The notes below the pieces were generated by a model. The model did no database searches, was not told the DNA's origin, and was given only the letters and a program-made list of their open reading frames with translations. DNA of 64,000 nt from a virus (lineage: Duplodnaviria > Caudoviricetes). The DNA lies in IMG/VR virus record IMGVR_UViG_3300032282_005433, positions 462 through 64,461 of that record. One strand, 5' to 3'. Below, one piece after another: positions 59,037 to 64,000 of the stretch (positions are counted from its first letter, which is position 1; every line of letters starts with the position of its first letter). The position numbers and the translations under genes were made by a program.

Positions 59037-61172
59037 ATGGCGGCATTTAATTATCAAATATCAACAACAGGAGATTGTTCAAATTCTTTAACAGGAATAA
59101 TATCAATATTACCGTATGGAGGAACTCCACCATATACGGTAGATTGGCAAAGTCCTAATTTAGGTGTAGATACAACTACTTTAGTACCTTCAGTTAGAAC
59201 AGGATTAAGTGGAGGAACATATGCACTTCGTTTAAATGATAGTACTATACCGGTTAACCAACAATTTTATGTGAATATACCGGTGTCTGATGGAGTTTGC
59301 TGTAACATACTTGGTGTGAATAGTACTTCTTGTAGTTTAGATAATGGCTCAGTAACAGGAACATCAACTTCAAATTATTCTTCTACTAATTTTTATTTAT
59401 TTGATTATACTGATACATATATCACATCAGGAGTAACAAATACCTCAACAATTATTTTTGGAAATTTAAGTGCTTCAACATATTATTTAATTGCTGAAGA
59501 TTTGGGAGGATGTACTGGACAAAGCCAAACATTTATAATTGAAGAATCGGAACCTTTTGATTTTGGATTATATGTTGTACCAAACTCAAGTTGTGGAGGA
59601 ACACCAATAGGTAAAATATATGTTACAGGTCAAACAGGTGTTTCACCATATTCGTATTATTGGAGTAATGGAGAAACAGGTAGTACAATAACCGGATTAA
59701 CTTCTGGAAATTATTCAGTTCAAGTAATTGATGGTTTGGGATGTTCTAAAACTGAAAGTGCTCTTATAGAAGATGTACCTAGTGTGGGTTTTGGTCTTTT
59801 TACGGTAACACCACCTACTTGTTTTGCAAGCGACGGTGTTATTAATCTAACAATAACAGGAGGAACTGCTCCATATTACTATTCAGCCTCAACAGGATAT
59901 TTTGAAATTTCATATAGTAAAACGTTTACTTTAGGTGGATTGTCTTCGGGACAATATGATTTTTTAGTAACAGATTCAGGTCTTTGTACTTTCCAAGTTG
60001 GAACAACATTAAATACACCACAAGGAATTACTTCAGTTAATGTTACTACTCAAAATTCTACGTGTTCAAGTACTGATGGTTCTATAACGGCAGTAGTTAT
60101 TGGAGGTACAACACCATACACATACACATTAATTAATCCTGAGGGAAACACATTAGTGATTAGTACTTCTCAAGCTACACAAGTATTTTCAAATTTAGAG
60201 TCTGGAACATATACAATTTCAGTTCAAGATGCTAACGGTTGTGTTTTTATACAGGAAACCACAATAATAGCTGAAAATAAATTTACAATTTCAACATCAA
60301 CCACACCAACAACTTGTGCACAAAATAATGGTATTATTGATGTAACTAGAACAACAGGAGGTACTGCACCTTTTGATTTTTCTTTAGATGGTGTAATTAA
60401 TATTATTGATACCAATCTTTATACGGTATCATTTACAAATGTCGCATCTGGTCAGCACACAATAACAGTAACAGACGCTGTTGGATGTGCACAGACATCT
60501 CAAGTATATGTGAGCGGAAGTTCACTTGTTGACTTTACATTATATAGTACTTCTTGTGGTAATGGTTCTGATGGTACAATTACCGCTCTTATTACTTCTG
60601 GAGTGCCACCATTTAGTTTTGATTGGTCGGATAATGTTGATTCAAATCCACAACAAATACAAGTATCAAATCTTACTGCAGGGACATACAGTTTGACTGT
60701 TATGGATAGTAATTCATGTTCATTATATAGAACAGTTTCAATTGATTGTTCTGCTTTATATACATCTTATCAAACATATGCAATGGGATGTGAAGTATTT
60801 CAAGTGGAATCACCAAGTAAATACGGATTACCACAAATGTTAAATGAAGGATTTTTTGATTTAACATCAGGTAATACAAACTGTGATTTAATTTCTGCAA
60901 TTTTTATTGCAAAAGTTTCAGTACAACCATTGGGAACTATTGTGACTCAACCTTTTTATACGGCAACTACACTATCATCAGCACCTAGCGATAACTTATG
61001 GTATGATGAAATACAAAATCTATTACTTGGAATTCCAGGGATTGGTTCTGTAACTATAGATGCTCTTAATAATCAAATAACAATAACAACAAGTACAATA
61101 AATCCTATTCTTAATAATCAAGAAATAATTATAGAATTAATTATTGTATATGATATTATGTGTTTAACATGA
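59037..61172 (+). CDS. SprB-repeat Ig-like fibre/adhesin protein
   Basis: About seven repeats of C....G.I.....GG..PY.Y.......L..G.Y...V.D..GC; no signal peptide. Confidence 0.8.
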   Translation: MAAFNYQISTTGDCSNSLTGIISILPYGGTPPYTVDWQSPNLGVDTTTLVPSVRTGLSGGTYALRLNDSTIPVNQQFYVNIPVSDGVCCNILGVNSTSCSLDNGSVTGTSTSNYSSTNFYLFDYTDTYITSGVTNTSTIIFGNLSASTYYLIAEDLGGCTGQSQTFIIEESEPFDFGLYVVPNSSCGGTPIGKIYVTGQTGVSPYSYYWSNGETGSTITGLTSGNYSVQVIDGLGCSKTESALIEDVPSVGFGLFTVTPPTCFASDGVINLTITGGTAPYYYSASTGYFEISYSKTFTLGGLSSGQYDFLVTDSGLCTFQVGTTLNTPQGITSVNVTTQNSTCSSTDGSITAVVIGGTTPYTYTLINPEGNTLVISTSQATQVFSNLESGTYTISVQDANGCVFIQETTIIAENKFTISTSTTPTTCAQNNGIIDVTRTTGGTAPFDFSLDGVINIIDTNLYTVSFTNVASGQHTITVTDAVGCAQTSQVYVSGSSLVDFTLYSTSCGNGSDGTITALITSGVPPFSFDWSDNVDSNPQQIQVSNLTAGTYSLTVMDSNSCSLYRTVSIDCSALYTSYQTYAMGCEVFQVESPSKYGLPQMLNEGFFDLTSGNTNCDLISAIFIAKVSVQPLGTIVTQPFYTATTLSSAPSDNLWYDEIQNLLLGIPGIGSVTIDALNNQITITTSTINPILNNQEIIIELIIVYDIMCLT

Positions 61173-61561
61173 GACAGATAAGAATAACAGAAATATCGGG
61201 TGGTAAATATCCTGTATCGGTTTATATTGCGGATATTTATGGTAACAATCAAACATTGATTGGGGCCGTACCTTCTGGGCCAGTACCACCAACAATAACA
61301 TATAATACTACCATTCCAACTATTTTTGAAACAGCATCAGAAGTGATGCTTTTATTAATTGATGGGGATGGATGTCAAGTTTTTCGAATTTTAGAGTGTA
61401 CATCATTTTGTTCTTTTGCAATCACAATTGAATTGGCTACGTGTACAATGGAAATTATTATTGGACCAAATCCGACACCAACTCCGACACCAACGCCAAC
61501 ACTAACTTCAACACCAATGCCAACACCGGACAATACTCCAACGCCAACGCCAACTATTTAA
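61169..61561 (+). CDS. small virion protein with C-terminal Pro-Thr tract
   Basis: ATG at 61169 overlaps the upstream TGA (ATGA); ends PNPTPTPTPTPTLTSTPMPTPDNTPTPTPTI. Confidence 0.7.
   Translation: MRQIRITEISGGKYPVSVYIADIYGNNQTLIGAVPSGPVPPTITYNTTIPTIFETASEVMLLLIDGDGCQVFRILECTSFCSFAITIELATCTMEIIIGPNPTPTPTPTPTLTSTPMPTPDNTPTPTPTI
61466..61555 (+). repeat. (Pro-Thr)n coding repeat
   Basis: Degenerate CCNACN hexamer array. Confidence 0.9.
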
Positions 61562-61671
61562 AATGGGTGTAAAATTAGAATAATTAATACTCCATTAATA
61601 GTCATATAAACTTATCTTAATTAATTTAAACCTTTTTAGTGTAAAGTTATAATGAAACAGAATGACTGTGG

Positions 61672-61678
61672 TATTTAT
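61672..61678 (+). promoter_or_regulatory. TATTTAT upstream motif
   Basis: 17 nt before ATG 61696. Confidence 0.55.
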
Positions 61679-61695
61679 TTAATAAAACTCAGTGG

Positions 61696-62712
61696 ATGAC
61701 AACATACATTATAACAGTCGTAAATAATACACCAGGTTGTGCTAATACAGTAGAACAAGAAGTTACTGTAGATTGTTGTTCAACATACATTGTCAGACTT
61801 GACCCAGCGTCAAATGCAATCGGTCCATTTAGTGTTTATATTGATGATGTCCTTTTTGGTTCTGGATATTCAAGAACTGAAATGATTGACGGTGTTGTTA
61901 TTACTTTACAATGTGTAACACCAAGTCCAACACCAACACCAACAGTAACACCTGAAACTCCAACACCAACACCTACTGAAACTATTACTCCAACACCAAC
62001 TGTTACAATAGGATTAACTCCAACACCAACCGAAACTGTTCCAGCAACTCCAACTCCAACACCTACGATAACTAATACACCAACTCCTAGCGGTTCTATG
62101 TATAGTGCTTATATCTTCCCTGAACCACAAGACAGTACTTCTCAAAATGATTTAGGTCAATATATGTATGACGGTGGGTCAAATAATTATTATGGATATA
62201 CAAATAGTGGTGGACCTGCTGGGGGACCAAGTTATAGTTCTGATTTAGCAATATATGTTCAATATCCTGGATGGTCAGGTTCAAGTGGTAGTTTTGTTAC
62301 AAATGTTGCAACTCTGGCAGGTAGTATTAAACAATCTCCTGGCGTTGGAACTGACACTTATGGATGTGTTCAAAATCAGTATGCATTCGGTAGCATTCCA
62401 ATAACAACTTCAAATGTAAATGTTAATATACAATATGTTTATACTGTTTGGGTTCCACTTGATGGAGTCGGAGGAACATTAAATAATATGACACTTAATG
62501 TTGGTAGTGGTGGACCTTGTATATCTACAATAGTTGATGGTGGAATACCTGATACAACAAATGCGGGAATTAATGTTTCAGTTCCTTCAGGATGTGCAAT
62601 ACCTTCAGGAAACTATAGAGTTCTATGGATACTTGAATTGTATTTACTTCCCGCATTGGCAAATATACCATTTAATTCTACTTTATGGATAAAAGGTAAT
62701 ACAAAATCATAA
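61696..62712 (+). CDS. virion protein with mucin-like Pro-Thr linker
   Basis: A 58-aa TPSPTPTPTVTPETPTPTP... linker separates two Cys-containing beta-rich domains. Confidence 0.75.
   Translation: MTTYIITVVNNTPGCANTVEQEVTVDCCSTYIVRLDPASNAIGPFSVYIDDVLFGSGYSRTEMIDGVVITLQCVTPSPTPTPTVTPETPTPTPTETITPTPTVTIGLTPTPTETVPATPTPTPTITNTPTPSGSMYSAYIFPEPQDSTSQNDLGQYMYDGGSNNYYGYTNSGGPAGGPSYSSDLAIYVQYPGWSGSSGSFVTNVATLAGSIKQSPGVGTDTYGCVQNQYAFGSIPITTSNVNVNIQYVYTVWVPLDGVGGTLNNMTLNVGSGGPCISTIVDGGIPDTTNAGINVSVPSGCAIPSGNYRVLWILELYLLPALANIPFNSTLWIKGNTKS
61918..62091 (+). repeat. (Thr-Pro)n coding repeat
   Basis: ACACCA/ACTCCA hexamer array. Confidence 0.9.
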
Positions 62713-62736
62713 AATAATAAAAATATATAATATAAA

Positions 62737-64000
62737 ATGTCATTTCCATATAAAAATCCATTAACATCCTATCAATTAGGGGCTTCAAATAGTGTATCAA
62801 GAACTAGTACTTTTGGTACTAATTTTTCTATATTAAGTACTGGTGGATATATGGAGGTTTACTATCTAAGTGACCTTTTGTTGACATTGACGGCAACAAC
62901 ATACCCGTCAATAATACAGTTATCCGCAAATACAATACCAATCGCATTTACTAAAGGAACTGGCTCGGCCTTTTCTCCAGATGTTATTAATTTAAATTCG
63001 GATAATATTTCAAGTGGAAGAAGAAGATTAGGAATGCAAGTTTATGTCCAGGAAACCGATACGGTATATCAATATGTTATAACAAATTATCAAGAATTAT
63101 GGAATAATTTATCTGGTCTTACAGGTAATTCTGGAGTAACAATGACAGACTATTCTACAGTAGTTAATAGTCGTTCACAAGAAGGGGAGGATTTTATTAG
63201 TGCTTGGACAGCTTCAACAATTGAAGGATATAATGGTGTAGAAAGAAATAACGCTAGATGGAGAATAGTTCAAGGGACTGATATTCAAATTACAGGAGGA
63301 ACGTATTTTTCGGGAACTCAAATTTTAGATTTATATAATAGTACAGGAGGAACTATTGTAATTACTGGATTTACAGGTACGGTTACAGGAGGAACTTATG
63401 ATAGTGGAACTTCAACTTTAACATTAAATAATAGTGATGGTACTCAGGTTTCTGTTACAGGTATTACATCAGGAGGAAGTCCTCTTACAGTATACGACTC
63501 TACATCTGGAGTAACAGCAACAAGTGTTACAGGTATAACATTTGATGGTGCTTCTGTTGTTGATAATGGAAATGGAAATATTACAGTAACAATGACTGGT
63601 GGAACTTCAGGTAGTTCTGGTTCATCAGGAACTAGCGGAACGGACGGCACTTCAGGTTCTTCAGGAACTAGCGGAACGGACGGCACATCAGGTTCTTCAG
63701 GAACAAGTGGTACGGATGGTACATCAGGTTCATCAGGAACTTCTGGTTCATCAGGAACATCAGGTACAGATGGTACTTCAGGTACTTCAGGTTCTTCAGG
63801 TACTAGTGGAACAGAAGGCACTTCAGGTTCTTCAGGAACTAGCGGAACAGATGGTACAAGTGGTTCTTCAGGAACTAGTGGAACAGACGGCACTTCAGGT
63901 TCTTCAGGAACTAGTGGAACAGATGGTACAAGTGGTTCTTCAGGAACTAGTGGAACAGATGGTACAAGTGGTTCTTCAGGAACTAGTGGAACAGATGGTA
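62737..64000 (+). CDS. fibre-like protein with Gly-X-Y (Ser/Thr) repeat, 3'-partial; not in the ORF track
   Basis: Translated manually from ATG 62737 (MSFPYKNPLTSYQLG...RRRLGMQVYVQET...) with no stop to the window end; from 63601 reads GTS GSS GSS GTS GTD GTS GSS... Confidence 0.9.
   Translation, partial: MSFPYKNPLTSYQLGASNSVSRTSTFGTNFSILSTGGYMEVYYLSDLLLTLTATTYPSIIQLSANTIPIAFTKGTGSAFSPDVINLNSDNISSGRRRLGMQVYVQETDTVYQYVITNYQELWNNLSGLTGNSGVTMTDYSTVVNSRSQEGEDFISAWTASTIEGYNGVERNNARWRIVQGTDIQITGGTYFSGTQILDLYNSTGGTIVITGFTGTVTGGTYDSGTSTLTLNNSDGTQVSVTGITSGGSPLTVYDSTSGVTATSVTGITFDGASVVDNGNGNITVTMTGGTSGSSGSSGTSGTDGTSGSSGTSGTDGTSGSSGTSGTDGTSGSSGTSGSSGTSGTDGTSGTSGSSGTSGTEGTSGSSGTSGTDGTSGSSGTSGTDGTSGSSGTSGTDGTSGSSGTSGTDGTSGSSGTSGTDG
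63601..64000 (+). repeat. 9-bp/36-bp tandem repeat encoding GTSGTDGTSGSS
   Basis: GGAACTAGTGGAACAGATGGTACAAGTGGTTCTTCA is exact at 63907-63942 and 63943-63978 and partial from 63979; earlier copies are synonymous variants. Confidence 0.95.

Noticed and set aside
63444-63893. Minus-strand 149-aa ORF with PSVPLVPEE repeats
   Set aside because: Antisense shadow of the Gly-X-Y repeat; the plus-strand frame from 62737 is continuous and fits the operon direction.
63601-64000. 36-bp repeats as a possible CRISPR array
   Set aside because: Units are head-to-tail with no unique spacers, vary mainly at synonymous positions, and no cas genes are present.
1-64000. Stop-codon reassignment as in some large phages
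   Set aside because: Very long ORFs tile the window under the standard code, and TAA, TGA and TAG (38642-38644) all end genes at sensible boundaries.
59037-64000. Diversity-generating retroelement acting on fibre genes
   Set aside because: No reverse transcriptase and no adenine-variable repeat pair were seen in this window.

Overview
An AT-rich, gene-dense segment of a large contractile-tailed (T4-like, jumbo-type) dsDNA phage read in the standard genetic code. The host is probably Bacteroidota (inference): Shine-Dalgarno motifs are essentially absent, leaders are A-rich, TTTG-N19/20-TATATTTA promoter-like elements occur, and one gene carries SprB-type repeats. Order: a cluster of six glycosyltransferase genes plus one methyltransferase (<2-6564); family B DNA polymerase; neck genes interrupted by a coupled SET methyltransferase-SNF2 ATPase pair; tail terminator, sheath, tube, chaperone, tape measure and very large hub proteins; a replication block (SSB, UvsX/RecA, 5'-3' exonuclease, DnaB, class II RNR, HNH); baseplate wedge genes; then fibre-like genes with SprB repeats, Pro-Thr tracts and a proline-free Gly-X-Y repeat running off the right edge. 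The leading hypothesis is a phage-encoded protein O-glycosylation system: a GT60-like initiating enzyme plus elongating and methylating enzymes acting on virion proteins, which appear enriched in an [S/T]-[G/A]-x-T motif. Other notable signals are a UUU_CGC +1 frameshift candidate in the tail chaperone gene, a recurring TATTTAT upstream motif, an OmpA-like domain inserted in a baseplate protein, and a C-terminal domain shared by a wedge protein and the SprB-repeat protein. All family calls come from manual motif recognition; no searches were run. No tRNA, rRNA, CRISPR array, integrase or reverse transcriptase was seen.
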